From the IMG/VR virus record IMGVR_UViG_3300035667_000002: a stretch of DNA of 63,101 nucleotides; one strand, given 5' to 3'. This document shows, piece after piece, positions 40,813-49,450 of the stretch. The stretch is from a virus. The notes below the pieces were generated by a model. It was not told the DNA's origin, did not search any database, and saw only the letters and a program-made list of their open reading frames with translations. A program made the position numbers and the translations under genes. How positions within the stretch are numbered: position 1 is the first letter of the stretch; every line of letters begins with the position of its first letter.

Positions 40813-41991
40813 ATGGCCGAATACCTGGACGGGCTCCAGATCACCGGATACGAACTGACCAACGGCGCGAACGTCGACTTGATCAAGCTGATCCAGGCCG
40901 GCCGGCCCACCGAGGGCTACACCAAGGCCCAGAGCGTGGACGAGTTGCAGGTCGGACAGATCGTGTTCGTGGACGCGCTGGGCGACTGGCGGCGCGGCGT
41001 AGTGACCAAGGTGGGCAAGACCCGCGTCAACGTGGCCCTGACCACCACGGCAGCGTTCGAGGACTTCCAGGCCGGACGCACCGCTGGTGCCCGGGTGCAG
41101 AACAGTCCGTACACCGCTACCGATGTCCTGGTGGAGACCGGCGCGGACGCGGCCGAGGTGGCCGAGGAGATCGCGGCCGAGGTCGAGATCGCGGAGCCGG
41201 CCGAGGACGAGGCCAAGGCCGAGGAGATCGCGGTGGCTGAGTTGGGCCAGGTCGAGGCGCGTCAGACCGCCGCACTGTCCACCGGCTCGACGGTGGTCCA
41301 GGCGCTGGAGGCGGTCTGGGCCCGTATCCAGAAGGACGTGCCGGAACTCCCGGCCGTTGTCATGGTAACTGGCACCGGGACCAAGGGCATCGGGCCGTCG
41401 CGCTGGGGCCACTTCCTCCCCCAGGGTTGGGAAGAGCGCTCCCAGGAAGGCACCACCTACACGCACGAAATGTTCATCGCCGGTGAGTGCCTGGCCAAGG
41501 GCGCGCGCCAGGTGGTCCAGACCATGCTCCACGAGGCGGCGCACGTGCTGGCCGCCGTCCGCAAGGTCCAGGACACCTCGCGCCAGGGTCGCTGGCACAA
41601 CGCGGAGTTCCGCCGGCTGGCCGAGGAGATGGGCCTGGAACACAAGGCCGAGAAGGCGGACAAGGCGTTCGGGTTCTCGTTCGTGACCTTGACCCCCGGC
41701 ACCACCGAGGACTACCGCGAGGTCATCGAGGACCTGGACGCGGCCATCCGGATCACGGTCGGCCTGCCGGTGTGGCTCGGCGGCGCCAAGGATGGCGAGG
41801 AAGACACCGACGGCCAGAACGTCCACGGGATCAAGCCCCCCAAGGCCGAGGGCAAGGGCTCCAGCTCCAACAACGTCAAGGCGACATGCGCGTGCGAGGA
41901 GCCCCGGATCATCCGGGTGTCCCGTACGGTGCTGGGCGGCGCGGCGATCGTGTGCTCTGACTGTGACTCGGAGTTCATGGATCGCGGCTGA
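40813..41991 (+). CDS. SprT-like zinc-metalloprotease-domain protein
   Basis: HEAAH (HExxH) motif in a SprT-like context, with a C-terminal CxC...CxxC ribbon. Confidence 0.6.
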   Translation: MAEYLDGLQITGYELTNGANVDLIKLIQAGRPTEGYTKAQSVDELQVGQIVFVDALGDWRRGVVTKVGKTRVNVALTTTAAFEDFQAGRTAGARVQNSPYTATDVLVETGADAAEVAEEIAAEVEIAEPAEDEAKAEEIAVAELGQVEARQTAALSTGSTVVQALEAVWARIQKDVPELPAVVMVTGTGTKGIGPSRWGHFLPQGWEERSQEGTTYTHEMFIAGECLAKGARQVVQTMLHEAAHVLAAVRKVQDTSRQGRWHNAEFRRLAEEMGLEHKAEKADKAFGFSFVTLTPGTTEDYREVIEDLDAAIRITVGLPVWLGGAKDGEEDTDGQNVHGIKPPKAEGKGSSSNNVKATCACEEPRIIRVSRTVLGGAAIVCSDCDSEFMDRG

Positions 41992-42002
41992 TCTCCCCCC
42001 TG

Positions 42003-42030
42003 AGTCCCGGGCCCGCGAGGGTCCGGGACT
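42003..42030 (+). terminator. hairpin terminator
   Basis: AGTCCCGG...CCGGGACT, after 40813..41991. Confidence 0.45.
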
Positions 42031-42047
42031 TCAGTGCGTTCGGGGTA

Positions 42048-42077
42048 TTGACACTTAAGCGCCACGCCTGCTAAGTT
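42048..42077 (+). promoter_or_regulatory. conserved promoter
   Basis: TTGACActtaagcgccacgcctgcTAAGTT. Drives 42142..42870. Confidence 0.6.
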
Positions 42078-42141
42078 AGTTACGGTGGAGAAGGCTCTCC
42101 GCTGGTCGGCTACACTCGGTTTCAGACGAGAGGGGAAGATC

Positions 42142-42870
42142 ATGCAGCCAGCGCACGTCCCGATCCACCTACGCACCGACGGGGGCAAACTGCTCCGGCT
42201 CCCGGAGATCATGGCCAAGACCGGGTTCGCGGACGGCACCGTCCGCAGCAAATACCACGCGGGCACCCTGGAGCCGGTGTGGAAGCTCGGCCGCCGCCTT
42301 GTCGCCTGGGAGGCCGACCTGGACGCGTGGCTGGCCGCCGCCCAGCAGAGGACCACCAAGCGGCCCCAGCTCCGCACAGACGAACTGAGCGGGCTAGCCG
42401 ACATGCTGACCGAACTTCCCGATCTGGAGCCGCTCAAGCGGTTGATCCTGCGGGAGATGACCATCCGGGCGGTCATGGTCGAGACCGGGGAGTCGCGAGA
42501 CATCGTGACCGACCTGGCGGACGCTAGCGACAGCATGGGCCAGGAGGCCGTGCTGGGCCTGACCGACGGCGCGCCGACGACACTGCGGGACGCGGTGGTC
42601 CGGTACGTCGACATGCTGGGCGACGATGGGGAGGGCACCGAGACGCCCAAGGTCGTGGTGATCGATGAGCTGACCTCGATCCTGAACTACCCGTACCCCG
42701 GTGTGGCCGGCTCCGAGCTGGAGGCCGACGAGGACTCCGAGGACGAGACCATGATCTTGAGGGTCAACGGTCGCGAGGTCTACCGAGCCAACCACGACGT
42801 CCACGGGTACGCGGGCATGTCCGCCGCCCGTGAGGCGGCCGAGGCGGTGCTCCGGGCGCTCGCGGAGTAG
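42142..42870 (+). CDS. HTH DNA-binding protein with acidic C-terminal domain
   Basis: GAGAGGGGAAG RBS. N-terminal LLRLPEIMAKTGFADGTVRSKY...LVAWEADLDAWL is AlpA/Xis-like. Confidence 0.6.
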   Translation: MQPAHVPIHLRTDGGKLLRLPEIMAKTGFADGTVRSKYHAGTLEPVWKLGRRLVAWEADLDAWLAAAQQRTTKRPQLRTDELSGLADMLTELPDLEPLKRLILREMTIRAVMVETGESRDIVTDLADASDSMGQEAVLGLTDGAPTTLRDAVVRYVDMLGDDGEGTETPKVVVIDELTSILNYPYPGVAGSELEADEDSEDETMILRVNGREVYRANHDVHGYAGMSAAREAAEAVLRALAE

Positions 42871-42975
42871 ACACGCGTCGGGTCGAGGTGGGGAAGCCTC
42901 GCAGGAAGACTGACGCGGTAGGGGAGCCCGGACCGGGCAATTGGTTGGCTGGTCCGGGCTCTCGCCTGTTCCGGG

Positions 42976-43004
42976 TTGACACCTAGCTGTCCTGACTGTA
43001 AGGT
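42976..43004 (+). promoter_or_regulatory. conserved promoter
   Basis: TTGACAcctagctgtcctgactgTAAGGT. Drives 43124 onward. Confidence 0.65.
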
Positions 43005-43009
43005 TCTGG

Positions 43010-43098
43010 GTGTGCAGGTGGCCGGCGGGTTCGCCAGGCGAAAGTGAGTCCCGAGTGGCGGCCGTAAGTCCCGGGAACTTTGCGGGCCACCTGCACAC
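43010..43098 (+). other. long-range 14-bp stem in the 5' leader of 43124..43462
   Basis: GTGTGCAGGTGGCC (43010..43023) pairs with GGCCACCTGCACAC (43085..43098) and encloses 61 nt. Confidence 0.4.
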
Positions 43099-43123
43099 AG
43101 AGACGCCGACGGAAGGGCAACAG

Positions 43124-43462
43124 ATGCGGATCAGAGTCAAGATAACGGACCTGGACGAGGTCCAGTGGGGGGAACTCCACCGGATGGTCCCGGCCGGCGG
43201 GTACGACTTCATCGAGGGCATGACGCGCGTATGCGCGGTGTTCGAGTTGGCGACCCAGACCGAGCGTCACGTGGAGATGCCGCTCATGGTGTTCTCCAAG
43301 GTGGTCGCGCGGCTGGCCCACGTTGGGCACGCTCCCACGGTGGAGGAATACCTGGACAACGTGACCCAGCTCCACCCCGGGCGCACCGCGCGCCAGCAAC
43401 TCCGGGACAAGCTCCTGGAGCGCGGCCTGATCGGCCCCTCGCACATCGTGGACCACCTGTGA
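43124..43462 (+). CDS. hypothetical protein
   Basis: GGAAGGG RBS. Preceded by a roughly 110-nt structured leader. Confidence 0.55.
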   Translation: MRIRVKITDLDEVQWGELHRMVPAGGYDFIEGMTRVCAVFELATQTERHVEMPLMVFSKVVARLAHVGHAPTVEEYLDNVTQLHPGRTARQQLRDKLLERGLIGPSHIVDHL

Positions 43463-44028
43463 GCGACAGTCGAGCCCGGCGCGTGCTGGGCCTGGACCTC
43501 TCGATCACCGGGACCGGCGCGGTGCACTCAAGCGCCGCGCTGGGCCTGGGGCTCGGTGCCGCGTGCGTGCACACGTTCTCCCCCTCGGACAAGCTCAAGG
43601 ACCGCCGGCTCGGTGTGATCAAGGCCGGGGTTCTCAAGCTGATCCGGGGAGGCGCGCCCGGTGACACGGACTCGCTCCCGGAGTTCGCGCTGATCGAGGA
43701 TCTCCCGTTCAACGCCAAGGCGGCCGGTGTGACCGGCATGGTGCACGGCATCGTGCGGGACATGCTCCACGAACGCGAGGTCCCTTACGGCCTCGTACCG
43801 GCCAGCACCCTCAAGAAGTACGCGACCGGCAAGGGCGCACACCCTGGCCTCGGCAAGACACCGATGGCCATCGCGGCTCTCAAGCGGGCCGGCGCGGAGT
43901 TCGCGGACGACAACCAGTGTGATGCGTGGTGGCTCTGGGTCATGGCCCACGACCACCTCGGCTCCCCCCTGTTCGACCTCCCGGCGCTGCACCGGGAGTC
44001 CCTGTCAAAGATCAAGCTGGAGGTTTGA
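43459..44028 (+). CDS. RuvC-like Holliday junction resolvase
   Basis: GLDLSITGTG near the N-terminus, IEDLPF, and C-terminal DNQCDAWWL acidic residues. Confidence 0.75.
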   Translation: MSDSRARRVLGLDLSITGTGAVHSSAALGLGLGAACVHTFSPSDKLKDRRLGVIKAGVLKLIRGGAPGDTDSLPEFALIEDLPFNAKAAGVTGMVHGIVRDMLHEREVPYGLVPASTLKKYATGKGAHPGLGKTPMAIAALKRAGAEFADDNQCDAWWLWVMAHDHLGSPLFDLPALHRESLSKIKLEV

Positions 44029-44402
44029 TGACCACCCGTAGGAACCAGCTCAAGGCCCGGATCGAGGGCCACCAGGCTGAGATCGAGCGGCTCTCGGCCG
44101 AGGCCGAGAAGATCGACGCGATGCCCGATTTCAGCACCGCGCCGACCGGCACCGTGCTGGCCATCGCGACCACGTTCCGGGGAGGCCCCAAGCCCTTCGT
44201 CTACATGGCGTTCAAGCCCTCGCGGAACCGGTGGTACGTGACCGGCGAGGCCGGCTACAAGTCGGACGAGGAGCTGGAAGAGTTCCTCACCTCGCGGACT
44301 CGCCAGGTGGTGGCCGTCGAGCCGCTCGCCCAGATCGTCACCGGTCTGGACTCGATCGACCTCGGTGGCCTGCTGGGCGCGTTCGTGGCCGGCCGTGACT
44401 GA
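44028..44402 (+). CDS. hypothetical protein
   Basis: TGATG overlap. N-terminal coil. Confidence 0.55.
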   Translation: MTTRRNQLKARIEGHQAEIERLSAEAEKIDAMPDFSTAPTGTVLAIATTFRGGPKPFVYMAFKPSRNRWYVTGEAGYKSDEELEEFLTSRTRQVVAVEPLAQIVTGLDSIDLGGLLGAFVAGRD

Positions 44403-45585
44403 CCAGCCCATCCCAGGCACGGAGAGCCTGGCCCCCTCGCGGGGCCAGGCTCTGGCCACACGAGACCGGGAGCTGTTGGCCAAGTACCCCGTGGAGCGCT
44501 ACCTCGCGCGCTCGGGCGGCCGGCTCGCGTGTCCGCACCCGGCGCACCGGTTCGCCCAGGTCCCGAACTCGCCAGCCCGGATCATCCTCCCCGAGTGCGG
44601 CGGTCAGGACGCTTGGCTGGCCGCTCGCGGCGGCGGTATCGGTGGCTCCGAGGTCGGCGCGCTGGTGATCAAGGATCACCCCTACGAGACGCCGTTCTCG
44701 GTGTTCAACACCAAGATGAACGGCGGCAAGGATCTGTCCGGGGAGGCGGCGGTCGAATGGGGCCACCGGCTGGAGGACGTGGTGGCCGAGAAGTGCGCCG
44801 AGGAGATAGGACTGGCGTCCAGGTTCGCTGGCGGCCTGTGGGCCAACATGGCCGATCCCATCCTCCGGGTCACCCCGGACCGGTTCGCCTGTAAGGCGCG
44901 CTCCTGGCGGGCTATCGGGGTCATCGAGTGCAAGACCGCCGGGGACGATGATGACTGGACCTCGGGCTCGATCACCGCGACCGGTCAGGGCACCGGGCTG
45001 GCGCCCCTGCACTACCAGGCTCAAATCCAGTGGCAGATGGGCATCCTCGGCCTGACCAAGGGCTGGCTTGGTTGCTTCGTGCTGGGCCGCGAGCGGGACT
45101 ACTACGTGGTAGAGGTCGACTTCAACCGGCCGTGGTTCGAGGAGCTGGCGGCCGAGGCGCGCCGGTTCTGGGCGGAGAGCATCCTCCCCGACGAACCGCC
45201 GATGGTGAACCTACGGCACCCGAAAACCGAGGCCCTGCTCAAAGAGATCCACCCGAACGTTGTCCGGCCGTCGGTGGATCTCGACGTTGACGAGGCGGAG
45301 TTCTGGCTCAAGGACTACGTGGACGCCAAGGCCAAGTTGGACGCGGCCGAGGCCGACGTGGCCTCGATCAAGAATTACTTCCGGATGATGGTCTCCGACG
45401 CCGGAGCCGGCTACGTCGGAGACCGCAAGATCGTGAGCAACCCCGAGGTCGGCTCGACGCGGATCGACGTCGGCGCGCTCAAAGAGAAGTACCCCGAGAT
45501 CGCGGCGGAGTTGACAGTTAAGGGTCATCACCGCCGGCTCACGATCAACCCGAAGGCCAAGGCCGACCCTAAGCGGTTGCGATAG
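44395..45585 (+). CDS. YqaJ/lambda-Exo-like recombination exonuclease
   Basis: GGIGGSEVGAL...VTPDRF...IECKT, a PD-(D/E)xK YqaJ-type pattern. The start is either GTG 44395 or ATG 44365. Confidence 0.75.
   Translation: MTDQPIPGTESLAPSRGQALATRDRELLAKYPVERYLARSGGRLACPHPAHRFAQVPNSPARIILPECGGQDAWLAARGGGIGGSEVGALVIKDHPYETPFSVFNTKMNGGKDLSGEAAVEWGHRLEDVVAEKCAEEIGLASRFAGGLWANMADPILRVTPDRFACKARSWRAIGVIECKTAGDDDDWTSGSITATGQGTGLAPLHYQAQIQWQMGILGLTKGWLGCFVLGRERDYYVVEVDFNRPWFEELAAEARRFWAESILPDEPPMVNLRHPKTEALLKEIHPNVVRPSVDLDVDEAEFWLKDYVDAKAKLDAAEADVASIKNYFRMMVSDAGAGYVGDRKIVSNPEVGSTRIDVGALKEKYPEIAAELTVKGHHRRLTINPKAKADPKRLR
45511..45528. promoter_or_regulatory. intragenic operator-like palindrome
   Basis: TTGACagttaaggGTCAt near the 3' end of the exonuclease gene. 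Confidence 0.4.
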
Positions 45586-45726
45586 CGGCCGGTTGTGATC
45601 GGGTGTAGTCTGTTACACGGCGCTTCCGAAAGGTCCGGACGACGGACTTGTTCCCCTCGGGGACTTGTCACGCGAGGAGCCGACTAGGGAGGTTAGCCCC
45701 GAAACCCAGGGGCTCGATCATGGGTA

Positions 45727-45765
45727 GGGAGCCGGCGGTGGTTGCGCGCCAATCCGCCGGCTCCC
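45727..45765 (+). terminator. strong hairpin
   Basis: GGGAGCCGGCGG-15 nt-CCGCCGGCTCCC, 12-bp perfect stem after the exonuclease gene. Confidence 0.5.
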
Positions 45766-45773
45766 GGTACTAA

Positions 45774-45833
45774 GGGGGAGTGATCCCAATGGCAAGGGAA
45801 AACCGGTCCCGGGTTCGAAACCTGGCTCCCTCA
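45774..45833 (+). ncRNA. tRNA-like element lacking an anticodon arm (not a canonical tRNA)
   Basis: 7-bp acceptor stem GGGGGAG/CTCCCTC (one G-U). D-arm-like stem TCCC-AATGGCAA-GGGA. T-arm CCGGG-TTCGAAA-CCTGG. Discriminator A. Only a 9-nt linker sits where the anticodon arm should be. Confidence 0.25.
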
Positions 45834-45897
45834 CGACAAGGCGTAGTAATTGCCGCGTCAACAAACAAGCTCAGCTCACTCAACAAGGGAGGCCCTC

Positions 45898-46329
45898 GTG
45901 GCCGCAGGCAAGGCAGACAAGAGCACCGTGCAGGACGAGGCGGACGCCATGTTCGGGGACGTCGGCGCGAACGTCGATGACCTCCTGGACGAGGTCATCG
46001 AGGACGACTCCGAGGGTTGGGTCCCGACCGAAAAGGGCGAGGGCATCGCCGGAGTGATCGTCAAGGTCGGCGAGACCAAAAGCGATTTCGCGGACGACGG
46101 TGACCCGATGTGTCCGACCTGGACGATCAAGACCAGCGACGGCACCAAGTGGCGCGTGATCGGTTACGGCGCGGTGCTGAAGCGGGAGATGACCGACGCG
46201 AACGCGGCCACGGGCGACCGCGCGGCGGTCAAGTATTTCGGGGAGAAGCCCATCCGCAAGGGCAAGTTCGCGGGCAAGATGTACAAGCATTTCGGGGTTG
46301 TCGTGCGCAAGGCTGGCGCCTCGGCCTGA
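45898..46329 (+). CDS. hypothetical protein, possible OB-fold ssDNA-binding; paralog of 47268..47651
   Basis: AAGGGAGG RBS with a GTG start. Shared C-terminal ...GD...F.GK.PI..G.FAGK... Confidence 0.5.
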   Translation: MAAGKADKSTVQDEADAMFGDVGANVDDLLDEVIEDDSEGWVPTEKGEGIAGVIVKVGETKSDFADDGDPMCPTWTIKTSDGTKWRVIGYGAVLKREMTDANAATGDRAAVKYFGEKPIRKGKFAGKMYKHFGVVVRKAGASA

Positions 46330-46396
46330 TCGTCGCATCGGGGGGTTGGGGCCGGCGCTCGCGTGTCGGCCCCTCTTCCGGACTGACTTTGGAGGT

Positions 46397-46885
46397 ATGA
46401 CTGTGGAGTTCAACCTGGACGACACCCAGGTACCCGACGGGACCGTGTTGCTGGCGGGGATCGCGTTCGACTCGATCCCGCACAAGACCTGGACGTATTC
46501 GCTGATCAAGGCCGGCGGCCGGTGGTACACCTCGGGCACCGGCAAGGCCCCGCAGGATGCCGGTTGGGGTGCGATCCGGCGGTGGCTGGCCCGCGAGGGC
46601 ACCCGCGTGGTCTACATCGACGCGGTGACCGCCCGGGACCGGCTCTGGGAAGAGGACGCGGTCACCCCCAAGGGCGAGCGCGCACACCTCACGATCGTGC
46701 GTCCTGGTGAGGCTGAGCGGCCGGACCGGCCCAGCGTGCCGTGGACCAGCACCATCGACGTTGACGTCCCGCTCCACGACGGACCGGACACCCACGGGAT
46801 CGACCCCCAGGACCGCCGGCTCCTGGACGAGGTGGACGACCGCGAGAGCGAGCGCCGGATGCGCTCGACGGAAGGCTACGAGTGA
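46397..46885 (+). CDS. hypothetical protein
   Basis: GGAGG RBS. 162 aa. Confidence 0.55.
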   Translation: MTVEFNLDDTQVPDGTVLLAGIAFDSIPHKTWTYSLIKAGGRWYTSGTGKAPQDAGWGAIRRWLAREGTRVVYIDAVTARDRLWEEDAVTPKGERAHLTIVRPGEAERPDRPSVPWTSTIDVDVPLHDGPDTHGIDPQDRRLLDEVDDRESERRMRSTEGYE

Positions 46886-47103
46886 CCTACGGAGCCGGCC
46901 GGCACCCGAACCGGTTCTTGGTCGAGTGCCCCGCGTGCCAGTTTCGCCGGGTGATCCTCCCCGGTGGCGTGCTGGTCTGCCTGCTCTGTGACCGGAGCTA
47001 TTCCAAGGACAACACCCTGGCCGGACCCGGGAACGCTCCCACGGCAGAGGAGCCACCGATCACCAACGGCCCGTTCTGGGACCCTCCCAAACTCAAGGGT
47101 TGA
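46882..47103 (+). CDS. zinc-ribbon protein
   Basis: GTGA overlap. CPACQ...CLLC motif. Confidence 0.5.
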   Translation: MTYGAGRHPNRFLVECPACQFRRVILPGGVLVCLLCDRSYSKDNTLAGPGNAPTAEEPPITNGPFWDPPKLKG

Positions 47104-47128
47104 CACCTACCCGGCATGACTGTAAGGT
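47100..47128 (+). promoter_or_regulatory. conserved promoter
   Basis: TTGACAcctacccggcatgactgTAAGGT. Drives 47268 onward. Confidence 0.65.
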
Positions 47129-47267
47129 CTACCTCAACAACTACATAGCGGGGGTTCGGAGGTAGCGAACCCGGGAGAGATCCCGGGGAGGTGCGAGGCC
47201 GAGGCCAGGGACCGGACCACCGGTTGCCTGATCTCCGAACCCCCGCTAACCAGGAAGGACATTGATC

Positions 47268-47651
47268 ATGAGCACCACACCGCCGAGCCACCAGGACTCG
47301 TGCCTGATGTGCGCGGTCCGCGCGCTCACCGAGGGCGACGCACCGGCCGTGGAGCTGGACCAGCCCGGAGACGAGGTCTCCGGCGTGCTGCTCCGCAAGG
47401 GCCGGCGTGCTTCCGCGTTCATGACCGACCCGGGGGACCTGATCCCGTGGGTGGAACTGTGGCTCGGCGGAACCAGCCGCGTCCGGTTCACCGCCTGGGG
47501 CAACACCGCACGCGCCGCGCTGGAGGCGGCCGACGCCAAGATGGGCGACACCCTGACCATCCGGTTCGAGGGCAAATCCCCGATCAGGTCGGGCCGGTTC
47601 GCCGGCAAAGAGATCCGCAACTACACCGCGACCGTGATCCGGGGGCACTGA
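47268..47651 (+). CDS. hypothetical protein, paralog of 45898..46329
   Basis: AGGAAGGA RBS. Shares a C-terminal motif with 45898..46329. Confidence 0.55.
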   Translation: MSTTPPSHQDSCLMCAVRALTEGDAPAVELDQPGDEVSGVLLRKGRRASAFMTDPGDLIPWVELWLGGTSRVRFTAWGNTARAALEAADAKMGDTLTIRFEGKSPIRSGRFAGKEIRNYTATVIRGH

Positions 47652-49354
47652 TGTTGGACCTACGGCCCTACCAGAGCCACGCGATCCAGGCCCTGGAGAC
47701 CGCGTACCGCGAGGGTGTCGTCCGTCCCCTGGTGGTCCACCCGACGGGCACCGGCAAGACGGTGACGTTCGCGCACCTGGCCAAGCAGCGCGCCGACCTC
47801 GGCCGCTCGCTGGTCCTCGTGCACCGCGAGGAGCTGGCCGGCCAGACCGCCGAGAAACTCGCGATGGTCGCGCCCGAGCTGGGCACCGGAGTGGTCCAGG
47901 CGACCCGCAATGAGATGACCGCCCAGGTGGTCATCGCGTCGGTGTGGACCCTGGTCAACCGGCTGGCCGAACTCAAGGCGAGCGAGACCCTGTTCGGCGA
48001 GTTCGCGACAGTGATCGTTGACGAGGCGCACCACGCGCCGGCTCCGACCTGGCAGAAGATCCTCACCGCCATGGGTTCGTTCTCCCCCGTGGGCCCGCTC
48101 ACCGCCGGGTTCACCGCGACGCCCCAGCGCGACGGCAAGGCGCTGGGCACGTGGGAGCGCGTTGTCGCTTACATGTCAATCCGCGAGGCCATTTACGGAG
48201 CCGGCAAGCGCAAGGGCCAGCAGGCCCACGAGGGCGGCTATCTGGTCCCGATCGAGGGCCAGACCGTGCGCACCTCGATGGAGCTGGGCAACGTGCGTCG
48301 CAACGGTGGCGACTACGCGGACGGCTCCCTCGGGGGAGAGATGGAGTCCAGCGGCGCGATCGAGGAGATCGCGGCGGCCATCGTGGAGCACGCCACCGGC
48401 CGCAAGGGCATCGCGTTCACGCCGACGGTGGCCACCGCGCACCGGCTGGCGGCGGCTCTGCGGGCTCTGGGTGTGCCGGCCGAGGCCCTGGACGGCGGCA
48501 CCGAGAAGACAGAGCGCGCGGCCATCCTGGCCCGGCTCAAGACCGGTGAGACCCAATGGGTCTGTAACTGTTCGGTGCTGACCGAGGGGTTCGATGAGTC
48601 CTCGATCTCGTGCGTGTGCGTGGCCCGGCCGACCAAGTTCCAGGGCCTGTACACCCAGATGATCGGGCGCGGCACGCGGCTTCACCCTGGCAAGAAGAAC
48701 CTTCTGATCCTGGACGTGACCGGGGCCAGCGAGCGCCACGAGTTGACCACCTACGTCGATCTCGGGCTGGCCGACGAGGGCGGCAAGCGCAAGAAGGACA
48801 AGGGCGAGGAGAGCACCCCCCAGGTCTGCCCGGTGTGCGGCACCGCGTGCGAGGCCCCGGAGCACCGTTGCGCGCTCTGCCAGCGACGGCTCACCGAACT
48901 GTTGATCCGGGAGGGCTCGCGCCGGCACGACACGTGTGCGGCGATCGAGACCCGCAAGGTGGACGTGTTCGCGGGCTCGCGTCTGCGCTGGTTGCCGATC
49001 GGTGACGGGTGGTGCCTGGGTGCCGGCAAAGAGGTCGTGATCATGGCCCCCCTGGGTGACGACACGTGGAAGCTCGCGACCTACGAGAACGGCAAGGTCA
49101 ACGTGCTCCACGAGGCGCTCCCGGCCGACTGGGCCATGGGCATCGGTGAGGACCGCGCCAAGGCGTTCCAGAAGCTGGTGGAGCGGGACGCGCGCTGGCT
49201 CAAGGGCAGCGTGTCCGACCCGCAGAAAGGCCGGCTGGTCCGCGAGGGGTTCCCCGAGGACAAACTCCACCTTGTCAAGACCCGGGGTGAGGCGGCCGAC
49301 CTGATCACGCGGATCGGGGCACGCCACGGGATGCGCCGGCTCCAGTCCGCTTGA
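47651..49354 (+). CDS. superfamily-2 DEAD/DEAH-type helicase
   Basis: PYQ..., HPTGTGKT (Walker A), VDEAHH (motif II), and a C-terminal CPVCG...CALC ribbon. Confidence 0.8.
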   Translation: MLDLRPYQSHAIQALETAYREGVVRPLVVHPTGTGKTVTFAHLAKQRADLGRSLVLVHREELAGQTAEKLAMVAPELGTGVVQATRNEMTAQVVIASVWTLVNRLAELKASETLFGEFATVIVDEAHHAPAPTWQKILTAMGSFSPVGPLTAGFTATPQRDGKALGTWERVVAYMSIREAIYGAGKRKGQQAHEGGYLVPIEGQTVRTSMELGNVRRNGGDYADGSLGGEMESSGAIEEIAAAIVEHATGRKGIAFTPTVATAHRLAAALRALGVPAEALDGGTEKTERAAILARLKTGETQWVCNCSVLTEGFDESSISCVCVARPTKFQGLYTQMIGRGTRLHPGKKNLLILDVTGASERHELTTYVDLGLADEGGKRKKDKGEESTPQVCPVCGTACEAPEHRCALCQRRLTELLIREGSRRHDTCAAIETRKVDVFAGSRLRWLPIGDGWCLGAGKEVVIMAPLGDDTWKLATYENGKVNVLHEALPADWAMGIGEDRAKAFQKLVERDARWLKGSVSDPQKGRLVREGFPEDKLHLVKTRGEAADLITRIGARHGMRRLQSA

Positions 49355-49380
49355 CGACCTGTACGGCAAGCCTGTAAGGT
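49351..49380 (+). promoter_or_regulatory. conserved promoter
   Basis: TTGACGacctgtacggcaagcctgTAAGGT, 18-nt spacer. Confidence 0.6.
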
Positions 49381-49386
49381 TCAGCT

Positions 49387-49417
49387 CCCGGCCGGCGGTG
49401 ACCCACCGCCGGCCGGG
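49387..49417 (+). other. 5'UTR hairpin immediately after promoter
   Basis: CCCGGCCGGCGG-7 nt-CCGCCGGCCGGG. Confidence 0.45.
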
Positions 49418-49450
49418 CAGATCAGAGAGACAGAGGGGAAATTGAGATCC

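Noticed and set aside
45774-45833. Canonical tRNA gene
   Set aside because: Acceptor, D-like and T arms can be drawn, but there is no anticodon arm (a 9-nt linker only) and the total length is 60 nt. I report it only as a tRNA-like element.
45800-45835. attP core (tRNA 3'-end mimic) implying an integrating prophage
   Set aside because: No tyrosine or serine integrase, excisionase-integrase pair or transposase could be recognised anywhere in the window. The idea is kept only as one hypothesis in the findings.
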